Source of the DNA: Chrysomallon squamiferum
Taxonomy: Eukaryota; Animalia; Mollusca
Assembly (NCBI GenBank): GCA_012295275.1
Contig: CM022672.1
Coordinates: 14,136,001-14,200,000 of the forward strand
Length of the DNA: 64,000 nt
Reading direction: 5' to 3'
The notes under the pieces were generated by a model. The model was not told the DNA's origin, ran no database searches, and saw only the letters and a list, made by a program, of their open reading frames with translations. Positions within the stretch are counted from its first letter, which is position 1. The number at the start of each line of letters is the position of its first letter. Of this stretch, positions 1 through 13,250 are shown in pieces. The position numbers and the translations under genes are program-made.

Positions 1-86
1 CCGCAATTAAAAGTGTGTCTAATGTGGCTCACTTATTAGTATTTTGCAGACATCTCCTTCTAGTTCTGTATGCCATACATACATAC

Positions 87-205
<119 letters not shown>

Positions 206-1018
206 GTGACTGTTCTTAAATACATATTATAAGGTACAAATATTGGACTGATAGGCTGCATAACCGATGCGCAGGTTACGGTTCAACATATATCTCTCAC
301 TCAGTATTCACCAACAGATCAACAGAAGCAGCAGCAACAACGACAACAACAACAACAATAGCAACAGAAACAAGAAGACATAATAATACTCTAAAACTGA
401 CCTCTGTAATAAAATCAATTATTTAAGACGAATCGAAAATGATAGCGGTAATTGTTCATAAGCATATTTAAGGTATATAAATATTTGACTGATAACCTGT
501 CATCAAATATTTCCCATTCTGGCATTGGTTCTGGCAGAAATAAGAATAATAACAATAGCAACGCATTAACAATACTCCAAAAATCAAGTTCTGTTGTTTA
601 TTTAACATGAATCGAAAATGAATTGTAAAACAGTTTTTAAAAATGACCATTGAAGCTAGATTATTAAAGTTAATACACTAGTATTTTTAAAGTATAAGTT
701 ATATATTAAAAATGACACTTCAGAACCCCACGTTTGTACGCAGAATTCGGTGACACTGAGCTTGGAGGATCCGATACTCATGGCTTCCTAACATTAATTA
801 TTCCTTAAAATACAAGAGAAAAATATTTTTATTAAAATAATAATATCCTATTATCTTTCCATTATTTAACGTAATCAATGAAATTCTATTTTACGATCTA
901 CGAAGACATTTTATTTTAAAGTTATACCCACAATGCAAATCTGTACAAATGAGTTTACCCACTAGCAACCTGATTTCAGATAAATAACATTTTGAGACAA
1001 ATATCTCTGTCAGCTTAC

Positions 1019-1090
1019 AAGAAAAACAACATATCTGGAAAAGTTTCCAAGCTCCTATATTGTGTGTTATATTATCTTGATTATCATGAG
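1019..1090 (-). pseudogene. Orphan degenerate EF-hand gene exon (homolog of first EF-hand exon)
   Basis: Reads HDNQDNITHNIGAWKLFQICCFS followed by a GTAAG donor at 1018. Aligns with DTNHDNVLSSLEAWELLKICDFS (7200-7315). The 5' part is missing. Confidence 0.7.
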
Positions 1091-1520
1091 ATTTTTTTAA
1101 ATAAAATCTTTGTATAAAAAAAAAAATTGTCAAAAATAAAAATAATTTGGTATGAGGCATTTGCCAGTTATTTAAAACGAATCGAAAATGAAATAATGTT
1201 TTCATTCCCATGTTAACGTTTTCACAAAGAATATAAAACAGTATAATTATTAAACAGTTTTACAAATGACCAGTGATCATTAAAATGGATAACTGTATAA
1301 AATTAATATACTAGCATATCTTACATTAAAATAAAATTCGCTTCTAACTGTTCCTATATATTTATTTAGAAATATCATCTACTGGGTCATTTCTTTTTGA
1401 TGGTGATCATCTCGATTGAAATCACAATTGAGACACGTCTAATATGAACTGCTGGTGTATATGTTTGTTGAAATGTACGTTTGTGTGTATTTAAATGTGT
1501 CTATGTATATATGTAACGAA

Positions 1521-1600
1521 TTATCTGTGTGAATTTTGTCTGAAAAACGTACAAGCGTTCACAAACAATCCTACGTCATTGACACTTACTATTCCATCGT
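1521..1600 (-). pseudogene. Orphan terminal exon of EF-hand gene family
   Basis: ttacag|AC GAT GGA ATA GTA AGT GTC AAT GAC GTA GGA... reads DGIVSVNDVGLFVNACTFFRQNSHR*. Homologous to DGVISVSEAGYIVNKC..FFRR (14376-14491). No partner middle exon is adjacent. Confidence 0.75.
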
Positions 1601-2272
1601 CTGTAAACATATTTAAGAATTTGTTTCGCAGAGAAATGCAACGGTTAATAACCAAATATATGAAATTGTCGACTATTTTATTAAAAATAATCCATCAGCT
1701 GCTCGAATACATTTGATTTCAAAAACATGAAAATGTTACCTGGTTTTGTTTTTAAATTTCTTTTTAACTTCATGGTACGTGAAGAAAATTATTTCGGAAA
1801 AACATATCACCTTCAATATACAGTGTGAGAAAGTACCTAAATATTTATTTCACAATTTTTATTTTCTACTGATAAAAACAGAATATTAAAATCTATGCAA
1901 CGCATGTATTTTATATGTAAGTATAAATTTATCTCTTTTTTATATACACAATTTTAAAACCCCTGATTAACAGCCAGGTAATAGCAAAATACTAATTGTT
2001 GTAGAACTAGAGGCAACAGCAGGAGCAACTAGTTATTGTAATGGCAACAGAAGTTAATTAAGAGATGACAGAGAGGTTTTATAATATTATCTCTCTCAGC
2101 ATCACTTCAAACTTTTTCTCATAAAACGTATGACTACAAAATATGACCGTCGATTAAAAGTTTGCTAAATTCACCTTCAGTAAAATATTACGTTCATCCT
2201 AGGTTTGGGACAGATGCATTTGATACCTTTCACGTCCATATGAATCAAATAGCTGTTTTACAAAACTCAAAT

Positions 2273-2303
<31 letters not shown>

Positions 2304-3450
2304 CACACACACACACACAGACATGCACACGCAACAATGCCAGTAATGCAAATAAAAACCCTTCAGTTTACAACACTTAATTTTATACGAGCAGACTGAG
2401 ATCAATAGTGTGTGTGTGTGTGTGTGTGTGTGTGCCTCTCAAAACGTTATTTTTTTTTAAATATCAATCTGTAACTTTCTTATAATCAGCATCACAGTCA
2501 GATGTCCGTACCATTACTACTATCACTACCACTACTACTGCAGATTCAGTGGCTGCTACAACTACTTCTGCTGCTGTTTCTGTTTGATTTTACTCCTGGT
2601 ATATTCATTGTATCGATATATTACTGTGAATATTAGAACCTGATTACGACAACCAGTGTTAGTAATGTTATTACTATTACTACTAATAATACTGCCACTA
2701 CTAACATTACTACTATTTCTACATTGGTAATTAATTCTAATACTTGTAGTTAGAGTGTTAAAGGCATTGGCATGTTCCTTCTGTATCATATATTGTAACA
2801 TTTAGATAATGCATTAAAAATTAAACGTTAAAGGTGAATGCCTCTGTTTTACAGTTTCATACAGCAGCCCATAATACTACTCTATAATATAAGTTTTACT
2901 GTAAAAAAAAAATAATAATAACAAAAAAACAATAATAAAACAAGTAAAAAAAAATAAGTAAAAATTGAAAAATAAAATTTAATATTTTTTCATTCCCACA
3001 TTATTAATGTTTTGCTAACGAAAATAAAACTGTTAGTTTTGCAAATAACAAATGAAGTTAGATTAATGATATGGATAATGGTATAAAATTAATATATTAG
3101 TGTTATATTACACAATATTACATAACATCGCTGTTAACTGTATATATTCATTCAAAATTGACCTTCATTAGGTTATTTCATTTAATGGGCTATCTTCTCA
3201 ACTGAAATCACAAACATGACATTTAGACATTAACTTTATCAACAGTTTTAGGACTTTAGTCTGTATTTATGAGTATCTGCCTATCTCTTTATATTTCTCT
3301 ATTCATAAATACATACATTTATATGTATATACATACAAATATGTATTTATGTACACAAGTATGTATTAAAATAAGTATGCATGTGTGTATGTGTCAGTTT
3401 ATATAATTGTATCTATGTATATTTGCATAACTGAATATACATCTGTTATT

Positions 3451-3521
3451 TTACGTCTGAAAAATAAAAATACAGCATTTCAACGTAGATCGTTTTTCAG
3501 CGATACCCCATACTCCATCCT
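3451..3521 (-). pseudogene. Orphan terminal exon of EF-hand gene family
   Basis: tgtcag|AG GAT GGA GTA TGG GGT ATC GCT GAA... reads DGVWGIAEKRSTLKCCIFIFQT*. Same acceptor context and 3' flank as the terminal exon of the other copies. Confidence 0.65.
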
Positions 3522-6010
3522 CTGACAGACAAAAGAAATTATTTTTATTTAGCAATTTTCTGTTTAAAAAAAATATGTTTTCTTCCAATACATTATTTAC
3601 AGCGTCAGTACTTACAGTAAATGAACATAGAAGACACACTTTACTCTTTTAGTGCAGAAATATTAACGAAAATTCAGATTTTGTGTCAGTCCTTGTAAAG
3701 GAAATCAAACTATAGATGTTATAAAGATCAGTGGTAAATGTTGATTAATTGTCACATTGTGTTTACTGGCGAAATGTCGCTCATCCTTCAGTTTTTATTT
3801 GTATTGCTTTCCCAAAATCCAGCCGACTGCTCTGTGAATATGATGATACAACGAGCTGTGGGATACGTTGCTATCTTAGAATAACTGTTTTCACAACAGG
3901 AGAGAGATAGTTATGATCCATGATTATATTACTGAGAGAACTTAATATTTATAATGGATTTTGCAATCAAGCTCACTTAGCAAACCTAAAATATGAAGTA
4001 GACAGGCGCCTTCATGTCACATTTTTTTTGAAGGACTTCCTCTCTTTGTAACTTTCTTCTTCAAGTCCCATCTTCCTCTAAGTCTTTACCTAATCTAAAT
4101 TAATTAACAAAATTTACGTGACAGTACATCTACCATGAAGAATTGGGATCCCCAGTTTAATGAAACATTCGTATTCTACGCTGATATCAGATCTAGCGCT
4201 GCCACAGTTCTAAATTAGCTTTATCTCTTTCTTAGACCTCATTCCGAAAGGTACTAAACTTTAGAGTACTTTATTAAATTAGCTGGTGGAACTAAGTTAT
4301 GGTTTCATAAAGAAAATGAAATATTTTCACAACGAAAATATAGTTATTAGCAAACTGTAATTATTCCAAAGCGTCTCTGTTTTGACATATTTTACTATTT
4401 TGACCCATTTTTCATGACTTTTGAACGCTTGATTTGTTCTCTGTTTAGCTGAGTAAAAACTTAATGAATGGAAAATGTTGTATCTTATCTTTTTAGTTAT
4501 TGCACGAAATGTTACTTTGTATTGTGACGAAATGCTTTAATCACAATCGGAAATACCTTGAGGTAGCGGGAATCTCGTTATGTTTCTCCGAACATTATTC
4601 ATACTCTACTTTTTACGCTGACGGGGTCTGCTCTACGAGTTTTCTTCATATAAAATGCCTTGATCACACGAAAGTTCAAATCGTAGCTTCATTTGTTTAT
4701 CGAACAAAAAATATTTTCCATATGAAAATGGCATAAAACCTTGATAAAAAGAAATATATATATATAAAGTCTGTTGAATATTTTCGAGCAACAGACCTCA
4801 CTATAAAAAGCAATATTTCATGTTTTAAAAAAAAAACTGAAATTGAAGTTTAAAGCAACAACACGACCAACTGCCCGAAAAAGCGAAATATCTACGGTTA
4901 CTCGACTTCGTTTTCTCAACTGTTGTTGTGATCCAAAAATAGCCTTCTCATTTGCAGTACTTACCTTTTTGTTTGCAGTTGAGACAATGCTTGGAAATAG
5001 TGCTGAAACTGATGGTGGAATAAGTGTGTTTATTTAGTGTTTGTGGGAAAATGAAACTTGGTTCAAAACATTCTACATACATAATAAATGATAAAATAGG
5101 TCACTCAGTACAAATTTCCTTATTCAGTCTTTTCTTCTTAGGTTTGATCTTTGCTTCATACCGACCACTCCCACATTCAAACAGTTTCTCAGAAACATCT
5201 TCTTAAATCTTATCCAAGCGAACTCAGATCACAATATTGGTAACCTTTCTAAGTACTATTATTACATTGCAATTCATTATCTATCCAGTTTTTGTCTAAA
5301 TATTCGTAATATATTCTCAATGTTAAGTTTTTTTAGCTCCGCTCTCAAGCCAAAAGTGCACTTAACAAATCATCTTTATTATTATAGCCTTTATTAGTAC
5401 TAAGACTGCAATTTGACGCTGACGAAAACTGCAACTTCTTTAAAAGAAAAAACGCAAACCCGCTTCTAAATCATTTCACTCTGATTAATTTGATGCAAAA
5501 ATTAATTTTGTATATAAGTACAAGTGAAGCAATGAATTTTCAAAGATGTTTATATTTTTATCTAGCGTAAATAATTTTTTTTTTACCAGAATTGGCTTCA
5601 CATATCAGTGTTAATGTATTATGCAGAGTTATGAAAGAAAAATAATTAGACTTAATATTTGTCACATATATTATAAAATAAGCTTTGTCAATGACAACCT
5701 CACTCAAAAACGGGCCCTTAAAAATAGAAGTTTTCTCAAAATACCAGTTGTGCGTAAATGACATCAAAAAAAATAAAAATTAATTACTTTGGAACAAGTG
5801 TGTTAAGGTTTGTATATATTTATTCAGAACTGTCCTGTAACAGGTTATTTCATTTAAATGTTCATCTTCCTAACTGAAATTTCAAACATGACCATTAGTA
5901 TAGACATGTATCAAATCTTTATCAATATGAACTGTAGCTATTTAAGTATGTATCTGTATCTATATAAGCATATCAATTATGCTATATATTTACATATTTC
6001 TTTGTGTATA

Positions 6011-7315
6011 TTATATATATATATATATTCTTCTATCTATCTTCATACGTAAACAAGAACATAAGTATGCGTAAGTGTGTGTACGTTTATATGCAGTAGC
6101 ACAGTTGTCTGTGTTTATTTGTATGAATGAATCAGTTGGTTTAACGTCTGAAAAACAAACAAAAAAAAGAAGAAAGTGTCCACTAATGATCCCGCTTTTT
6201 TTTTTTACAAAACCATTTTCTGAAAGACAAATGAAGCTTTTTTCCAAATGTCCATTTATTTTATTATTATTAACTTTTATTACTATTTTCGTTTTCCTTT
6301 TTTTTTTGGTTTTTCAACTATGATTTGTTTTTTTTTTTTTTTTTTATTATTATTATTTGTTTGTGGTTTTTTTTGTTTTTTTGTTTTGTTTTTGTTGTCG
6401 TTTTTATTTTTTTTATTTTTTTTTTTTTTTTTCATTTTTTTTTTAGTTGTTTTATACGAGATGGTAAATTCGGCTAAAAGTGGGAGTTAAGTGTATTATA
6501 AAGGTGGTAAATGACAAAACAAGAGAAACGTAGAATTAAACTGGGACAGACGATTGATCAGTAACTAGCCTAAGTTTGAAAAAAAAATGAATAATAATAA
6601 ATCTGGGAAATATAAAGAGTAAGATCTTACATATTATGTTGTTAGTATGGCATGATTAGATTCATTCCTTCTGCGCGTGCGTTTGAATATGGATGTGTGA
6701 AATAAAGTGATAACTTACCGTCGTTATCAAATAACAAAGAGAGCATATTTCGTTCAGTGTCCGTGATGTTACCATCATGGTTCTCATCTAACACGATGAA
6801 CTGGTATTCTGAGTTATGTCCTAAGCAGAGATCCAGCTCATTCTTTATTATCTTGCCGTCTTCTACGAAGAGGAATATTGAGATAAATAGATACACAAAC
6901 ACACAAGCCATGGTATTTTATGATGTAATAGCTGAAGTATATTTACTAACTCAGATACGTTCTTCAGTATGATAACTACTTTGAAATGAAAGCGAAAATT
7001 TTTTTTTTTTTTTTTTATCAAATAATAATATGATATTTTATATTTTCTCACTCTGAAGTAATCAAAGAAGACATTTTATTTTAAACGTAGACCTACTTTG
7101 CCAATCTATACACAGTTTGCCAGTCTGCATACGGATCTGACACAGAGATACAATATTTTTTACAAAACTGTAGCAAGACAAATATCTGGGTTAGCTTACC
7201 CGAAAAATCACAAATCTTCAAAAGTTCCCAAGCTTCAAGAGAGCTCAGTACATTATCATGATTGGTGTCGAACCTCTTAACGACATCTACTCCTTCCAGT
7301 GATACTTCCTCTGAG
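6011..7315 (-). pseudogene. Four-EF-hand calcium-binding protein, copy A (IMSP5-like architecture), probably inactivated
   Basis: Exons 7315-7200, 6862-6719 (144 nt) and 6219->, all GT-AG with matching phase 1. They read SEEVSLEGVDVVKRFDTNHDNVLSSLEAWELLKICDFSEDGKIIKNELDLCLGHNSEYQFIVLDENHDGNITDTERNMLSLLFDNDENGFV. There is no ATG at the exon start, the terminal exon shifts frame in an A11 run, and the upstream 9632-9708 exon has a stop and a 1-nt deletion. Confidence 0.7.
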
Positions 7316-9869
7316 CTGAAACAGTGAGTCACTGCCTCAGTTTCGGAGACACGAATCATGTTAGCAGCACAACAGTAAAACAAGACATTAAGCGCGGTGC
7401 CAAGATAATCGAAAAATAAAACAGATTTGCAAAGCTCATTTCACGACTGAAACGTCAAAACGTGAGCGTCACTGACGACACGCAACATCGTGATTACCGC
7501 GACATTACATCAAGAAAACGTTAGAACAGAACGTCAACGAAACCGGCTCGAAACTTTTGTCAACATTAGTTCTCTGTCTGATATCGGAATGCATAAACAT
7601 GCGCATTTGTATGACATCAGTAAAGTGTAATAAATTAACATCTATTAACGACACAAGTATAGAATAAAACTTTTTTTTTGTTTTTTTAAAAAAGAAAAAA
7701 AAAAGTACCTTGCAAAAACAGCGATTGGCAGCGTCAAGAACAGTACAAACTTCATGATTTATCTGAAAATAATAATAATAATAATAATAATTTTATAGGA
7801 CTAGACTGTTTTCATTTACTAATACTTCTAGACTGGAAAGGAAACATAGATGTAAAAAGTTTTTTTCACAACTTTTCACAAATACTCTGCATAGTTGACC
7901 TAAAAAGACGAATGTGGTAGTTGCTTGGTATCACTACTTCACCGCCATTTTCCTAGATGATCATCATTTTTCTAATAGCATTCAGGCTCCTTCAACAGAG
8001 TCCTGCTAATAGCAGTTTACTCTGAAATTCATCTACATTTAGCGATTTACAAACTGAATTTATCTACTTAGATCCTGAATTCATTCTTCTGCCAATACAT
8101 TGTTTAGAGCCTACAGACTTAGGCAATATTTCAACAATAAATGAACAAAAAACAACAACGAAAAACCCACTCTTTAGTGCTGAACTATTAAAGATAACTA
8201 AAACGTAGCATCAGTTCTTATAATAATGGTAACGGAAATCAAACTACAGATGTATAAAGCTCAGTGATGCATTGTATGTTAATTGTCACAGTGTTTACTG
8301 GTGAAATGTCGCTCATCCTTCAGTTTTTATTTTTGTCGCTCTTCCAAATTCCAGCCGTTCGCCCATTTTATCACTTTTTTCCTATTTTGTAACTTTTGTC
8401 TACAAAAGAACGATCGTAAACTATTCCCCCATCTGTAGGAAATATATTAATTAATAAAGTTACACCATGAAGGATCGTGATCTCCAGTCTCAAGAAGCAT
8501 CGATATTCTTCACAGAAATCAGATCTAAATAACCTTGTAATTCTTTGTTAATTTTTGATACCAAACTGCCATGACAGTTACGAAAGACATGACATTTTAA
8601 ACTATTCTCTTTTTTTTATTAAATATAATCCATCGACTGATGAAATGTAAGTTAAGACTTCGGGGGAGGGAGGGTAATGAAATGATATCTTTGCTAAAAA
8701 AAAAAAAAAAAAAAATATTTTAATATCAGGATAGATGATCGCCAAACTTTATTGCATTCAAAGCAGAATTTGTCTCATCGGAATGAATATTAGGATTTGA
8801 TATAAACTTTTATTTGAGATATAATTGTGAATTACTAACTACTAAATTTTATTTCTAGTGATAAAAATACAGAATAGCAAAAAGGAAAAAAAAATACACT
8901 TACCTACACGGGTCAATGGTTATAATAAAAAGGCGAGGTACTGTTATGCAGCTCTTCAAATACATCATTTTACATAATCATACATATTCAGTAGTTAAAT
9001 TTTAATTTCTAAACATATATCTATATTCAGATATGTCATCTAATCAAATATATGCATCTGGATTTTAATTCAGTATGTAAATGTGTGTTTGTGTGCGTGT
9101 GTGTGTTTGTCTGTCTGTCTGTCTGTCTGACTGTGAGTGTGTGTTTGTATGTATTCATACATAATTATATGTGATAATAGGACATTAGCTGCATAGTACT
9201 AGCGACTTTTATTGTTAAATGACAATAGAAGTTAATAATATTTCAGAAAATAAGAAATAAGAGAAGACTGCGAGATTTTGTAACAATTATGTCTTTCAGC
9301 ATCAGTCAGACGTTACTCGAGATCGCTCAAAATCTTCAAATTGTCTCCCATGAAAACGTACGACGCAGTATAACCACTGCTAGAAAACTGATTAATTCAT
9401 CGGTAAATTAAACATCGCTTTCATCCTTTGATGCCAGATTTTTGACAGTTTTGATATTTTTATGTCACAGTCAGAACGACGACACAAAGGGCGGTTTAAA
9501 TGAATAGTTTAATCAAATTTATTATACTTTCATGTTTCCACTTTGTTATTTCTTTGCGTCCTTTCATCAGCCATAAGGGTTGTGTAAAAATAAAAGTATT
9601 TTGTTTCCTAGGCAGGCGAATTCCATTTTACCTTTTCATGATGGAGTATTTACTTCATCGCGCACATGGCCTAGTCAGATATGAGCTTGTTTCCACGACA
9701 GCAGAAGCCTGTCCTGTGATACGTAAAAGAGAAAAAGGTTTCAGGTTAATTGTCTTTGTTTAATAATGTTTTAGTTTTTCTTAAAATGGACATCAGCAAT
9801 TTATTCATTTTAATTTAAACGTCTTATTGTTGTTGTTGTTGTTATTATTATTAATATTAATATTTATTA

Positions 9870-11640
9870 TTCCTTATACCAACAACGCCCTTGAACGAAT
9901 AGCATTTGGTTTTTCATCAAACATGTGTAGGATGTGTTGGTGAAGATTAGCACACTGTGTAGCACACTTTGTAGCACACTTCAGAGAAAGCTTTGTTTGT
10001 CAAGTACCCAAACAAGGTTCGTGTGCATCAGTATACTAGCTGTGTACAGGAGATTTTCCACAGCTGGAATTGGATTTATGTTCAAAAACAACTGTGTATC
10101 TAAATGAAGACTGTTTTTGTCTTTGAGAATCGAAAGCCATTGTCTTTTCACCATTGATGAATTTTATTCAAAGATGCAACTTACGTTCACTGATATTCAT
10201 GTTGGACGATCTATTGCAAATCTGAAAATAATCGACATATAACGAGGTGTTGAACACCGTGTACTGCTCTTAACGTTCACAGAAAATAACGTTACATACA
10301 GGATACATACAGGATTCCTGTGGGTGAATGTCGGACACATTCGGATAAAGATCTATTTTTTACAAATTGAAAAATAAAAACAGGAAGTCAATATCTTAGG
10401 CCCATGTCATCGAGGTATTTTAAAATCCCATATTTAAAAGCATCTGTACTTCAGAAGATGCTGAAGATGAATCGTGAGAGCAGATGCGATATCTGCATCA
10501 CTGAAAGACAAATGATGAATTGTATAACTGGATTCTTTACCTTCGATTTCACAAATCCTATTCCAGAGAGATTTAACAGATGTTTGTGAATTCTATTTAG
10601 AGACGAAAGTTCTGGCCTCTCTTCTAACCTTAGCCCCAGCAATACAAAATGCATCCAGGTTATCCCCAATAGGTTCACCTTTACACTTTCAAGTAGCCTG
10701 TTTGAATGCATCTTTCCACATATCATTAAATCATGATTTATTTAAATGCTTTGGCATTGCCGAATAGGTTCATAGCTTCAAGATGGAAGTGAATAAAGGC
10801 ATGGGATCACCAGCATTCGTAATCGCAAACTGTTGCAGACAAATGCTGCCAAGATGCTGCAAATGAACCTAATTTGCCCTCATCATATTCCAGCTTTGAA
10901 CCGTTTCATGTGATGGACGTCCATCAGTCTCCAAAATAACAGGAAAGAGATCACTACCACAAGAGTCTGAACCAACTTTCCACGAGAATTCAAGCAAAAG
11001 TGAAGGCCTACAAAGCGTTAAGTCTGTAGAAGTGAAAGAACCGCTTGCAGAAGGAATATATATCTGACTATTTTTCTTAAATAAAAGCGAATCATTTTCA
11101 AGAATTAAATGTTCCAGTTGTTTTCCTCTGTTTGCATCCTTGCATCTCTACAAAGTGTGGTGATCATTAAAAATCTCCCATAACAAAGAAGAGAGTAGAT
11201 AGCTGGCCATGAAGACCTTGAAACTTTTGACATTTGTAACATCGTAATGGATTTGATATAAAAGGAACAACAGATACACAGAGATGTATATTCTGGAAGG
11301 GCAGGTTTGACAAATACCAAAATCAAAATATTCGACGGAAGAATCGTGATTCTTTTAACTAATGTCACGGCCCTGACAAGTTTTCAGTGATTTCATCTTC
11401 ACAGACTCCTTCCAAATCTTTCGAAGTAATGACTGTCTGACAAGAGTTTAAGGAATAAAGTAGCGACACAATGACTGGTACTACATTACACAAAACTTTC
11501 GACTGAAGAAGACACCGAGAATGAGTCCATCTCGAATATTCTACCAGCAACATATCATTTTTCAATTTTTTAATTCTTTTTCGTTCACCAGACAAGCCCC
11601 TTCTGAACAGCAAAACGGGACAGTTTGCTCAAAGTTCCGT
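9870..11640 (-). mobile_element. Degenerate non-LTR retrotransposon (LINE, I-superfamily-like): ORF1, APE and RT fragments
   Basis: 11365-11613 resembles I/Nimb-type ORF1 (GERKRIKKLKNDMLLVE...SLNSCQTVITSKDLEGVCEDEITENLS). ~10940-11050 gives the endonuclease end (LLLEFSWKVGSDSCGSDLFPVILE). ~10060-10200 gives RT C-terminal motifs (ERKLHL..NKIHQW.KDNGFRFSKTKTV..LFLNINPIPAVE). Many stops and deletions. Confidence 0.85.
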
Positions 11641-11911
11641 CATTAGATGACCAATTCAGAAGTTATAACTTTTGATTCTTTTTATTTCCATTAGTTTTTA
11701 TATCTCTAAATAACTAAATACAATTAGACAGACGTATCTTTTTATGAATGGATCTAAAAAAAAAATGCAAAGAACAGAAGAATTACTGTTTTCAGCAATA
11801 AATCCTAATTCTACAAAACAAAAGAAACTAATTATAATTCTTCTTCTTCTTCTTTTGTCTTCATTATCATATTATTTAACTTTTTTCTTCTGTTTGTTTG
11901 TTTGTATGTTG

Positions 11912-11977
<66 letters not shown>

Positions 11978-12070
11978 TATTTCTATAAACTGTATCATAA
12001 ACGTGTATTTACTATTCATTTCCTTCAGCTTTGTTGTTATTATTATTATTATTACTATTACTATTATTAC

Positions 12071-12118
<48 letters not shown>

Positions 12119-13171
12119 TTTAATCAGAAGAAAAACTAACGTTAAAGTCAAACACTAAATCACGCAACACAGGGATCACAAATTACCTCCCTTGAATAAA
12201 AAATTAAATTAAATTAAATTAAAAAACTCAAACGATAATAAAGAAAAAATATTAGTAGCCTTTGCTATTGATGTATCGCTTCGTTCTGTTATATTCATGA
12301 AAGGTCTTTTAATACAGGTTCGTCGCTCGCAGTTTCCTTCACAACCCTTTTCTATCGAATGCTTAGTGAGAACGCACTGGAAAGAGTAAATGTTTCCCTC
12401 TATTGTGGTGTGCATTCCATGCTCCTTTGAGAAATAATGTATCTGTGCTAAACCGGAAAAATATAGCAATTTTCAGTTGATTCAAGCCTTGCGGGCAGTT
12501 GCGCCTTGCGTACCTAAACATGGCAAATTCAACTGAAAGTGGGCACAGATTGTATCATGAAGCTGTGTATACCACTGGATCATTACATAAGACATTTTGA
12601 CTTTAGATTTACAACTCGTAAGACACAACAGATTGGTAACTAGCATGAGTTTGAAAAGAAGTCACGAAATTTGGAAAGAGGAAGAGATCGATGTTATCTA
12701 TTATATTGATGGTATAAGGATAAGGTTCAGTATTTTCAGAAAATTAGAAATAAGACATGACAGAGAGATTTTATAATATTATTTCTCTAAGCATTTGTCA
12801 GTCACCGCATAATGCGGAAACCTTCAAATTTCTTCTCATAAAAATATGACGCAATATAACCATCGATTAAAGGTCTGCTAAATTCAACTTCAATAAAACA
12901 TTTTTACTTTCATCCTTTGACCATAGATTTGTAACAGACAATTTTCCGTTTTTTTTTTTGTCCACATGAATCAAATGGAAGTCATATACAAGCATCGACA
13001 TGTCTACAAACAAAAATGTGTGTAATCTGAGTTTATAACTGTGAAACCAGCAACCGATGACATTTCCTTATTGTCACGTTACTATCTTATCAAACCCATA
13101 AATATAATTTTACTATAAAAATATGATATTTGATAAAATGCACAGTGGCACATTTTTATTTAAAACTCTTA

Positions 13172-13250
<79 letters not shown>

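Noticed and set aside
6863-6911. MACVFVYLFISIFLFV (and MACVDVFEFLFLSVF at 15048) as signal peptides of single-exon genes
   Set aside because: These are polypyrimidine tracts before the acceptor. Splicing from the upstream exon completes an EF loop in frame.
7356-7439. Signal-peptide-like ORF MSFANLFYFSIILAPRLMSCFTVVLLT* just upstream of EF-hand copy A
   Set aside because: It is out of frame with the EF-hand exon, ends in TGA, and is not conserved in copies B or C. The conserved TTTCAG acceptor at 7316 better explains the exon start.
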